Below, one piece after another: positions 54,084 to 61,553 of a stretch of DNA of 64,000 nt. The translations under genes and the position numbers were made by a program. How positions within the stretch are numbered: the stretch's first letter is position 1; every line of letters starts with the position of its first letter. The notes beneath the pieces were generated by a model. That model saw only the letters and a program-made list of their open reading frames with translations, did not search any database and was not told the origin of the DNA. Location of the stretch: the IMG/VR virus record IMGVR_UViG_3300009506_000018, positions 3,251 through 67,250 of that record; one strand, given 5' to 3'. Source of the DNA: a virus.

Positions 54084-54263
54084 TCAGAACGAGCCGATGG
54101 CGGAGTTGGCGGGGGACCGGACGCCCAGCACGAAGATCCGCTCACCCTGAAGGCGGCGGACGATGCGGACGGCGTCGGAGTTGTTGAGTCCCTTGACCCG
54201 GGACACGTTGACCAGACCACGCTGATCGTTGGCAGAGCGCCAGTGGACTTCGAACTTTCTCAT
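54084..54263 (-). CDS. First early gene, 59-aa basic protein
   Basis: MRKFEVHWRSANDQRG...; GGAGAACC RBS; directly downstream of early promoter. Confidence 0.65.
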   Translation of the reverse strand: MRKFEVHWRSANDQRGLVNVSRVKGLNNSDAVRIVRRLQGERIFVLGVRSPANSAIGSF

Positions 54264-54308
54264 GTCGGTTCTCCAGTTGTGCCCCCGAACAACTCGGGGG
54301 GAGACTTA

Positions 54309-54337
54309 AAAATACGCCTGACAATGTCACTAGTCAA
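54309..54337 (-). promoter_or_regulatory. Sigma70-type early promoter with palindromic spacer
   Basis: TTGACT-N17-TATTTT on minus; TGACA-A-TGTCA palindrome 54319-54329 in the spacer. Confidence 0.75.
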
Positions 54338-54384
54338 CACTTAGTGGTGAGACGTGGCTCCCGGCTGTTGGTTACACTCCGGGG

Positions 54385-55023
54385 ATGACGAAGCGCGAAC
54401 TGGCCTTCTGTGATTACTACGTCGAGCGACGCAGCGCAGGAATTGCGGCGGAGCTGGCCGGGTATTCGCCGGGCTGGACGAAGCGGGCCTACCAGATCCT
54501 CCAGCGACCGCACATACGGGAGCGCATCGCTCAGCTGTCGAAAGCGGTGGAGGAAAGGTCAGTCACCAACGGTGCCGAGGTCGTCAACGAGATCGCGAAG
54601 GTGGCCTTCCTCGATGTGGCCTCCTTCCTGAAGGACGATCCGCACCAGCCGGGGGGCAAGATCTGGAAGTCTCCAGACGAGCTGACACCCGAACAGCGGG
54701 CAGCCATCTCACAGGTCCACATCCACGACTTCGAGTTCGTGGCTGGGCAGGACGACGACGGCAACGATGTCGTCGAGATCCGCCAGACCTACAGCTACCA
54801 GTTCCACGACAAGATGAACGCGCTGGAGAAGCTCGGCAAGCACTTCCAGATCTTCGGCGAAACCCACACCACCAACATCAATCTCAACCGTTTCTCGAAC
54901 CTCCCAGAAGACGTGCTGCACAGGCTGGAAGATGAGCTGCGCGACGTGCTGGAGGGCGAGTACCGGGTGATGGAGCCTGCTGATGCCCCGCGTCTACCTG
55001 ATGATCGAAGACCTAAGCACTGA
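54385..55023 (+). CDS. terS: Terminase small subunit
   Basis: TKRELAFCDYYVE..AAELAGYS..AYQIL..I..RI; HDKMNALEKLGKH. Confidence 0.88.
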   Translation: MTKRELAFCDYYVERRSAGIAAELAGYSPGWTKRAYQILQRPHIRERIAQLSKAVEERSVTNGAEVVNEIAKVAFLDVASFLKDDPHQPGGKIWKSPDELTPEQRAAISQVHIHDFEFVAGQDDDGNDVVEIRQTYSYQFHDKMNALEKLGKHFQIFGETHTTNINLNRFSNLPEDVLHRLEDELRDVLEGEYRVMEPADAPRLPDDRRPKH

Positions 55024-55228
55024 TGAAGCCGGAATCACGTGGTCAGTTGACTGGGGCCTGAAAGAAGGGGAGGTGCTCCCCGAGAACGTCGAGGAGATGA
55101 GCGACGCCCAGTACACGGCGTGGCGGTTCGTGGCAGTCCTGCGGGACATGGAGCGAGGGGACGACCGGGCGCATGTCGTGGCTCCCAGCACGAAGCTGAT
55201 CCTGCCCGGCTCCCACAAGGTGCAGTGA
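54983..55228 (+). CDS. Hypothetical protein
   Basis: 81 aa, overlaps terS end. Confidence 0.55.
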   Translation: MPRVYLMIEDLSTDEAGITWSVDWGLKEGEVLPENVEEMSDAQYTAWRFVAVLRDMERGDDRAHVVAPSTKLILPGSHKVQ

Positions 55229-55229
55229 C

Positions 55230-55607
55230 GTGGCCCGGTGGGCGCACAGCTGTCTGCGATGTCACCACTTCCTGCCGAAGTGGAAGGTCGAGGCCGGACT
55301 CACTCTCTGCTCATCGAAGTGCTTCCAGATGTATGCGGAGCACAAGGCCCAGCTCGATCTGGTGGAGGTGTGTGATGCCGAAGGGCTACGAGAAGATGCG
55401 GGACAAGTTCAAGAGCGAGGGGATGAGCGACAAGGCGGCGAAGCGCAAGGCCGCGAAGATCTGGAACAGCAAGCACCCGGGCAACCCGGTGACCAGCCGC
55501 AAGCACGAGAAGCGCGGTGCCTGAGATCGACTGGCTCCGGGTACTCGTCTGGGGCGGCAGCATCGCAGTCGGCATCTGGTTCTGGTACTGCGTCGCCCAC
55601 ACCCTGA
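55230..55607 (+). CDS. Zn-finger microprotein with apparent read-through extension
   Basis: CLRC..CSSKC in first 48 codons; remainder overlaps two other genes out of frame. Confidence 0.35.
   Translation: MARWAHSCLRCHHFLPKWKVEAGLTLCSSKCFQMYAEHKAQLDLVEVCDAEGLREDAGQVQERGDERQGGEAQGREDLEQQAPGQPGDQPQAREARCLRSTGSGYSSGAAASQSASGSGTASPTP
55375..55524 (+). CDS. 49-aa basic protein
   Basis: MPKGYEKMRDKFKSEGMSDKAAKRKAAKIWNSKH; GGAGG SD. Confidence 0.65.
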   Translation: MPKGYEKMRDKFKSEGMSDKAAKRKAAKIWNSKHPGNPVTSRKHEKRGA

Positions 55608-55618
55608 TGAACCTCTGA
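55517..55618 (+). CDS. 33-aa single-TM peptide
   Basis: MPEIDWLRVLVWGGSIAVGIWFWYCVAHTLMNL; TGATG overlap with next gene. Confidence 0.5.
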   Translation: MPEIDWLRVLVWGGSIAVGIWFWYCVAHTLMNL

Positions 55619-56091
55619 TGGCCCTCTACAGACGCAAGCGGCTCGTGTTCGAAGCTCACCAGTTTACGGGGACACCAGAGAGCGCCGAGGCCCTCGGGCT
55701 CGAAGGAGAGATGAGCCCCGTCCCGCTGGATGACGACCGCCGATTCATCATCCTCGGCAACGACACACGTGATGCACTGGGCGTTGCTGGCTGGGTGGCC
55801 GAAGGCGACTACATCCTGACCGACGTCTCCGGTAGACGATTCATCGTCTCCGGCCCCATCTTCGAACAACAGTACGAGGCCTGCGAGGCTCCCGCCAGAG
55901 AAGAGCAGGAAGTACAGATCCCCATCTCCCAGTTCACCCACTGCAACAAGCTCCAGAACGCACTGGACTACGCATGGGTGGCAATCGCAGAGATGCGAAG
56001 ACATCTCCCCACAGGCACTCTCAGCGGGACACCCAGACTCCGAGAAACTCTCGGAGTTGCAGAGAGATTACTCAGAGACTCCGAGAGGTAG
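55618..56091 (+). CDS. Conserved phage protein (PGDYG-like)
   Basis: YRRKRLVFEAHQF..EGDYIL..IFEQQYE. Confidence 0.6.
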   Translation: MALYRRKRLVFEAHQFTGTPESAEALGLEGEMSPVPLDDDRRFIILGNDTRDALGVAGWVAEGDYILTDVSGRRFIVSGPIFEQQYEACEAPAREEQEVQIPISQFTHCNKLQNALDYAWVAIAEMRRHLPTGTLSGTPRLRETLGVAERLLRDSER

Positions 56092-56105
56092 GTAAAAGGT
56101 AGGTC

Positions 56106-56609
56106 ATGAACATGGATATCAGAGCATTCTGGACAGAGCACAAGTGGTGCATCATCGCAGCAGTGGTCGCGTTCATCCTCGGTGGCATGGTGTCCACCTC
56201 GGCACAGGCGCAGACGTGTACACCAGCGACTGGTGACGGGCCCGTCGCCCAGCAGAAGTCAGCGGTCAAGAAGCTGGCGGATACCGTGGTGGTCAGCTGG
56301 ACAGCGCCCACCGAGCTGAATGACGAGAACTGCACACCGATCAGTGATGATCCGACGTATGCCGTCATCCGCTACAACCTGTACGTCAGTCTGGACGCGC
56401 CTGCGACATCCGGGCTGCCACCGATCGAGATCCCGGCCAACCAGACCAGCGTCACCATCAACGTGGACAGCACCACGGGGGTGAGGCCGGGCTCGCGGCT
56501 GTACTACGCCATCTCGGCGGAGAACGAATATGGGGCGTCCTACCTGAGCAATCAGGAATGGGTGCAGGTAGGTGGCCCGCCGGGGCGACCAGACTCCTCG
56601 GTCCAATAG
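56106..56609 (+). CDS. Exported fibronectin type III-like protein
   Basis: N-terminal TM/signal ending AQA; VVVSWTAP..YNLY..YYAISAEN.YG.S. Confidence 0.65.
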   Translation: MNMDIRAFWTEHKWCIIAAVVAFILGGMVSTSAQAQTCTPATGDGPVAQQKSAVKKLADTVVVSWTAPTELNDENCTPISDDPTYAVIRYNLYVSLDAPATSGLPPIEIPANQTSVTINVDSTTGVRPGSRLYYAISAENEYGASYLSNQEWVQVGGPPGRPDSSVQ

Positions 56610-56636
56610 GGGCCGAGGCAACAACGGGAGAGACTG

Positions 56637-56789
56637 ATGGCAGACAAGGCATGCGCCGCCTGTGGCGGTGAGATGAAGGGCAACACCTGCACGGTGTGTG
56701 GCTGGGTCGATCACGACGCGAAGCCAGCGAAGGCAGAGGCTCCGGCAGAGGCCCCGGCGAAGAAGGCCGCGAAGAAGAAGGGCGGCTGA
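56637..56789 (+). CDS. Zn-ribbon microprotein with AK-rich tail
   Basis: CAACG..CTVCG; PAKKAAKKK. Confidence 0.6.
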   Translation: MADKACAACGGEMKGNTCTVCGWVDHDAKPAKAEAPAEAPAKKAAKKKGG

Positions 56790-56956
56790 TGGAGCAGGTC
56801 CAGCTGAAGGGTGACATCGTGTCGGTGGACAAGGACGAGAAGGTCGTCGTTGTGTCGAGCTACACGCCCGAGGAAGCGGAGGCGCTCGCCGCCTTCGGCT
56901 GGATCCTCCGAACGGTTCTCGAACAGGAGCGGGCAGACCATGGACCCAGTCACTGA
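56789..56956 (+). CDS. Hypothetical protein
   Basis: 55 aa, TGATG overlap. Confidence 0.55.
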   Translation: MEQVQLKGDIVSVDKDEKVVVVSSYTPEEAEALAAFGWILRTVLEQERADHGPSH

Positions 56957-57188
56957 ACGGTGCGAGCACGGCAACGAGCCACGCACGTGCCTGACGTGTC
57001 GCCGCTCGTGGCAGGAGATGCTGGCGACGCAGGAGATCACTGATGCCGACTACCTACTGAACCCGCCGCTGAATCCTGACGTCACGTTCGAGGAGATCAT
57101 GACCACGCTGGGCAAGGTCAACAACATGCTGTTCGGCGTCAACAACCTGCTCAGGGATCTGGTGTTCAGGCTGGAGGGCAAGCGATGA
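56940..57188 (+). CDS. Hypothetical Cys/His protein
   Basis: CEHG..CLTC; AGGAG SD. Confidence 0.55.
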   Translation: MDPVTERCEHGNEPRTCLTCRRSWQEMLATQEITDADYLLNPPLNPDVTFEEIMTTLGKVNNMLFGVNNLLRDLVFRLEGKR

Positions 57189-57427
57189 CCATCTGCACTG
57201 GCGATTTCAAGTGCGACTTCTGCAAGGGCCACTGCGAGCAGCGCCCCGAGACGTTGTGCGACGGCTGCCTGATCGCGACCCACTACGCGCCGACCGGCGG
57301 CTACCCGCCCGTGCTGGTGCATCGGCTGGAGGAGCTGGGCACGAAACTCGATACCCTCGAAGCTCTGGGCCAGAAGCTCGACACGCTGATCGACCTGACC
57401 CAGCAACTGGTGGACTCCCAGACATGA
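57185..57427 (+). CDS. Cys-rich hypothetical protein
   Basis: 80 aa, six Cys then coiled coil. Confidence 0.55.
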   Translation: MTICTGDFKCDFCKGHCEQRPETLCDGCLIATHYAPTGGYPPVLVHRLEELGTKLDTLEALGQKLDTLIDLTQQLVDSQT

Positions 57428-57735
57428 GCCTGCGGCTGGAGATCGGCAGCTGGCGGGTGTGGGAGCTGTGGGAGGTCGAGTGGCCCGCGCTGCGTCCGCT
57501 GATGCGCGGCTACCGGGACCAGTGGGGGCGGCTCGGCATGGCCCTCGCAGGCAGGCTCAGGGAGAAGGATCGTGGCTACGTGCGACAGCTGCTGCACGAA
57601 GCCATGGATTGTGTCACCGAGACGATCAGGCTGGCCGGTCGGGCGGTGGCGATCTTCGCTTACACGATTGCCCACGTACTGGTGATGATTGCAGCGGCTG
57701 GAGCATTGGTATGGATCGGACTGTCCGTTGGTTAA
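57424..57735 (+). CDS. C-terminally anchored membrane protein
   Basis: 103 aa, hydrophobic C-terminus. Confidence 0.5.
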   Translation: MSLRLEIGSWRVWELWEVEWPALRPLMRGYRDQWGRLGMALAGRLREKDRGYVRQLLHEAMDCVTETIRLAGRAVAIFAYTIAHVLVMIAAAGALVWIGLSVG

Positions 57736-57803
57736 TCGTCATCACGTTGCTGGCGCTGGTGTTCATCGGCCTGCGGGCCGGATACATCGCCGGGACGTAC
57801 TGA
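57711..57803 (+). CDS. 30-aa single-TM peptide
   Basis: MDRTVRWLIVITLLALVFIGLRAGYIAGTY; GGAG SD. Confidence 0.5.
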   Translation: MDRTVRWLIVITLLALVFIGLRAGYIAGTY

Positions 57804-57827
57804 CGTGGAGGTGATAGGAGATGACCG

Positions 57828-58028
57828 TTGAAAGTTACCGGCCACGTGGAACGCCGGGTGGGTGGCCGTTTCTGGCTCATAGCGGAGAGCATGAGCCCGT
57901 TTCCATGGCGTCGGGTAGCGAAGCTCTCGAACGCCAGCAACTGGGAAGAGGCAAGCACACAGTTAGCCACCTTCCTAAGCGCGAAAGAAAGCGACAGGCT
58001 CGCGTGCAACGAAGGGCGACTCACATGA
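57828..58028 (+). CDS. Hypothetical protein, frame ambiguous with 57821-58123
   Basis: TTG start, more G/C-ending codons than the alternative frame, ATGA overlap with next gene. Confidence 0.35.
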   Translation: MKVTGHVERRVGGRFWLIAESMSPFPWRRVAKLSNASNWEEASTQLATFLSAKESDRLACNEGRLT

Positions 58029-58123
58029 GGACCGCGAAGGACTGTTTCATCGACATCCTCGTGCTGGTCGGGCTGCTGTCGGCGGCGTTCATGCTGGGCG
58101 TGCAATTTGGGATGTCCTTGTGA
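58025..58123 (+). CDS. 32-aa single-TM peptide
   Basis: MRTAKDCFIDILVLVGLLSAAFMLGVQFGMSL. Confidence 0.5.
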   Translation: MRTAKDCFIDILVLVGLLSAAFMLGVQFGMSL

Positions 58124-58131
58124 GAGCAATT

Positions 58132-58180
58132 TGGTAGACTGCCTGACATTGGAAGGGGCCCGCATCTGCGAGGCCCTTTT
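58132..58180 (+). promoter_or_regulatory. Extended -10 element followed by terminator-like hairpin
   Basis: TGG-TAGACT at 58132-58140; GGGCC-CGCA..TGCG-A-GGCCC-TTTT at 58156-58180. Confidence 0.5.
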
Positions 58181-58216
58181 GTCTTTCCATCAGGGGCCCG
58201 AACATGGAACAGCACA

Positions 58217-58426
58217 GTGGAGCAAGAGGTAGTTACGACACTCAAGGTGGTGCCGGTCGGATGGCTGATCGGACTGGTGGGATTCATCGTTGTCACCGCT
58301 ATCGGGGTGATCAGGGAGATCGTCAGGAACAACGCGGCTGAGCACACCCGGCTGTGGACGAAGATCGACGACATCTACAAGATCCTCATGGAGATCGCGG
58401 GGGACAACAAGCGACGGAGTAGCTGA
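58217..58426 (+). CDS. Holin-like small membrane protein
   Basis: 69 aa, one TM then short coiled coil and basic C-terminus. Confidence 0.5.
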   Translation: MEQEVVTTLKVVPVGWLIGLVGFIVVTAIGVIREIVRNNAAEHTRLWTKIDDIYKILMEIAGDNKRRSS

Positions 58427-59049
58427 TGGCCTACCGGGGGCAGGAGCGGGTCGCGTTCGACACCGGATACAACGACGCGCTGTACGGTCGTCCACGCGAC
58501 AACCCGTACAACCTGTCCACGGTACCGAAGAGCTACAACGCTTACGAGGAAGGCTACGACGAGGGCGAGGGGTCCACGGATCCGCCGAAGGGTCTGCCGG
58601 GACCAGCAGGACCAGCCGGGCCGACAGGTCCGCAGGGACCGCAGGGCCCAGCCGGGACGAACGGTGCTCCCGGGACCAACGGCACCGATGGCATCGACGG
58701 CAACCAGACGTACGTGACGGCTGGCCCGCCTGCGTCAGGACTGGGTCAGGACGGCGACATCGCGATCGACTCGACCAGCGGCGAGGTGTGGAACAAGGTC
58801 GCTGGCACGTGGGTACTGCAGGGAGGATTCGGCACAGTGGCACTGGCGACTCAGGTGGACTTCATCGACGGCTCACCGCAGATCATCTACTCGGGCAAGG
58901 CCAACCCGGGCACGGCGACGTCAGCGTCATCGTGGCAGATCAGCAAGATCGTGCTGCAGTCCGACAACGACGTCTCCGTGGAATGGGCAGACGGTGACGG
59001 CAACTTCGACAACGTGTGGGACAACCACCTGAGTCTGGCGTATTCATGA
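58426..59049 (+). CDS. Rmf/CrpP-like N-terminus, collagen repeat and fibre-type C-terminal domain
   Basis: AFDTGYNDALYGRPRDNPY..AYEEGYDEG; (G-X-Y)n at 58591-58704; YSGKANPGTATS..SWQI..WADGDGNFDNVWD. Confidence 0.65.
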   Translation: MAYRGQERVAFDTGYNDALYGRPRDNPYNLSTVPKSYNAYEEGYDEGEGSTDPPKGLPGPAGPAGPTGPQGPQGPAGTNGAPGTNGTDGIDGNQTYVTAGPPASGLGQDGDIAIDSTSGEVWNKVAGTWVLQGGFGTVALATQVDFIDGSPQIIYSGKANPGTATSASSWQISKIVLQSDNDVSVEWADGDGNFDNVWDNHLSLAYS

Positions 59050-59456
59050 TCAAGATCGTCACACGCTGGGACGCGAGCCAGATGACGCCTGAAGTGGAGT
59101 TCAGGATGTGGCGTCAGCTGATGGGTTCGTTCGACGTCCAGCAGCTGATCGTGACGCCGACCATCTACGGATTCGAGAACGGCATCATGCGTCAGGCCGA
59201 CACCTTCGAGGAGGCGCTGGAGCTGTGCGGCGACATGCCCCGGGTGTTCCTCGAACCTGATGGAATGAACAACCTGTACGAGCTTCCGCGTGGCACCGAC
59301 ATGGCGCTGATCATCGGTAACACCGAGCACTCGAACATGGCGTTCGCCGAGCCAGACGAAACGTACCGCATCGACACTCCCGCCGGGCCGAAGCGTTCGC
59401 ACCTGTACGGGCCGAATGCCGCCGCCATCGCGCTGGCCTACTACTGGGGGCAATGA
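59046..59456 (+). CDS. SPOUT (SpoU/TrmH-like) methyltransferase-fold protein
   Basis: 136 aa; MWRQLMGSFDV, VFLE, LIIGNTE, YRIDTP..SHLYGPNAAAIAL mirror TrmH motifs 1-3. Confidence 0.6.
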   Translation: MIKIVTRWDASQMTPEVEFRMWRQLMGSFDVQQLIVTPTIYGFENGIMRQADTFEEALELCGDMPRVFLEPDGMNNLYELPRGTDMALIIGNTEHSNMAFAEPDETYRIDTPAGPKRSHLYGPNAAAIALAYYWGQ

Positions 59457-61537
59457 TGGCAACCGACCTGCGCACCCAGATCACCGGCTTCGACTCGACC
59501 ACCAACGTCACCACCACGGGCTCCGGCCCGACGCTGCAGACAGCGACCGGCCTGTGGTACGAGACGACCGGAGCGATGTCGAGCCAGTGGTCGAACACCG
59601 GGCAGGAAGAGATCCACGAGTCCAGCCTGACCAGCCGCAACCTGTCTGATGCGGTCCTGTATGGACTGATCAAGGACAACCTCGTCGATACCTACGCCAA
59701 TCAGGGCATCCAGCTCGTGATCGGCGATGGCACGGACCTGATCGGTTACGACGTCGCAGGAGCGGACGCGCAGGGCATCCCGCTGGAGAACTACTACTTC
59801 GGGATCAAGCTGGACGTGTCGGTGATCGTGGCGACGCCCGGCACCGCGTTCACCGCCTTCGCCGGGTCGGAAGCTAACCTCGACCAGACCGCGATCACGC
59901 AGGCGGGCTATGGCGGCATCCACCTGTCGAAGGCCTCGGGCAACTCGGTCAACTGCTTCTTCGATGCGCTGTACTTCGGTGCCAACGACAGCTATCACCT
60001 GCGCATCAACGGCGGCACATCTGGAACGCCAGAGACGACCGCCGACGTGGTCGCCGACGATGTCACTGGCGGCTGGGGCATCATGTCCAACCCGGTGGGC
60101 TCGGTGTTCTACTTCTTCGCCCCGACCGAGTGGGGCGAGCCGACCGCCAACGCCGACGTGTACTTCAACATCGATGGCGAGACATGGCTGTGGCTGGGAG
60201 ATAACGGCGGCGGTCGGGCGATCGACTTCAATCACTGGCTCTTCAGGCTGGTCGGCAACGCCACCGATACCATCGACATCTCATGGTCGAACCTGTCGAT
60301 CACATCGGTTGGCGTTGCGGCGACGTTCTTCTGCGGCGTGGACGGCTCGCTCAACGACACCAACGTCGATAACATCGCCTTCGACAGCGTCTCATTCACC
60401 GACCTGTCCACCATCGGATTCCCACCGCAGAACGCCAACCACACGTTCGACAACATCACCTTCAACACGTGTCTTGCGGCTTACCCGAACAGCTGCAATG
60501 GCACGAACTGGATCTTCAACGACTGCACCTCGATCTCCGGCGCAATGGGGCTGGGGGTGGCGGGCGATTGCGACAACCTCGACGGGGTGATTTTCAATTA
60601 CGTCAGCGGTACGCCGCGACACGCGATCATCATCACTGCGACAGGCACCTATGACTTCAACAACTTCTTCTTCAACGGTTACGGCGCGGATGGCTCGGCT
60701 ACCGCCGCCGTGAACAACCAGTCTGGAGGAGCAGTCACGATCAACGTCCTCGGCGGCGACACACCCACAGTGCTGAACGGAACCAGCGCGACCACCACCA
60801 TTAACAACTCGGTCACGGTCACAGTAGATGGCGTGGCAGAAGGCACAGCAATCAAGGTGATCGCCAACGAAACAGCAGGGACAGTCACCGCCGGGGACGT
60901 TCTCGGACAGGGGCTGGCTGACAATACGGGAACGTACAGCTTCAGCCAGAACTACGAAGGCGCGTTCGGCGCTGGCCTCGACGTGCTGATAGTGGCACGC
61001 AATCAGGGCCTGCCGAATGCAGCTATCGCGGATGACGGTGGCGTGCTGACCGACGAAACCACCGCCGCGAATTCAGGCACCAGCAACGACATGACATTGA
61101 CCCCTGCTTCACCAGCGGTCAACGATGCGTACTACTGGGGGCACTCTGAGCAGTTCCCACAGATGAAGGTCAACGTCAGTACAGCTGGCTCGGGCCTGAC
61201 CATCACGTGGGAATACTGGAACGGTTCGACGTGGACGGCGCTGTCCGGTGTCACTGACGGCACCAGCAGCTTCACCACCAGCGGACTGAACTACGTGAGC
61301 TGGACTTTGCCGGGCAACTGGGCGACCACCACGGTGAATTCGCAGGGTCCGTATTACTACGTCCGGGCGAGGCTGTCCGCAGTCTCGACTCCGGTACAGG
61401 CTACTGGCCGATGGTCGTCGCTGGACGTGACCCGCTATCTGCCGATTCCGCCACAGGGTGTGCTGCAACGAACGATCACGTCTTCCGGCCTGACCGTCAC
61501 GCTATCGCAGCAGGAAGACACGATCTCAACATTTTGA
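59453..61537 (+). CDS. Virion adhesin/tailspike-like protein with beta-helix segment
   Basis: 694 aa T/G/N/D-rich; repeated short F/I-x-N/D strands; WEYWNGSTWTAL module. Confidence 0.55.
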   Translation: MMATDLRTQITGFDSTTNVTTTGSGPTLQTATGLWYETTGAMSSQWSNTGQEEIHESSLTSRNLSDAVLYGLIKDNLVDTYANQGIQLVIGDGTDLIGYDVAGADAQGIPLENYYFGIKLDVSVIVATPGTAFTAFAGSEANLDQTAITQAGYGGIHLSKASGNSVNCFFDALYFGANDSYHLRINGGTSGTPETTADVVADDVTGGWGIMSNPVGSVFYFFAPTEWGEPTANADVYFNIDGETWLWLGDNGGGRAIDFNHWLFRLVGNATDTIDISWSNLSITSVGVAATFFCGVDGSLNDTNVDNIAFDSVSFTDLSTIGFPPQNANHTFDNITFNTCLAAYPNSCNGTNWIFNDCTSISGAMGLGVAGDCDNLDGVIFNYVSGTPRHAIIITATGTYDFNNFFFNGYGADGSATAAVNNQSGGAVTINVLGGDTPTVLNGTSATTTINNSVTVTVDGVAEGTAIKVIANETAGTVTAGDVLGQGLADNTGTYSFSQNYEGAFGAGLDVLIVARNQGLPNAAIADDGGVLTDETTAANSGTSNDMTLTPASPAVNDAYYWGHSEQFPQMKVNVSTAGSGLTITWEYWNGSTWTALSGVTDGTSSFTTSGLNYVSWTLPGNWATTTVNSQGPYYYVRARLSAVSTPVQATGRWSSLDVTRYLPIPPQGVLQRTITSSGLTVTLSQQEDTISTF

Positions 61538-61553
61538 CCATGGAGCTATTTGA

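Noticed and set aside
57821-58123. 100-aa ORF merging with the 32-aa TM peptide
   Set aside because: Has an SD, but the overlapping 57828 frame has better codon usage and couples to 58025; unresolved, so not called
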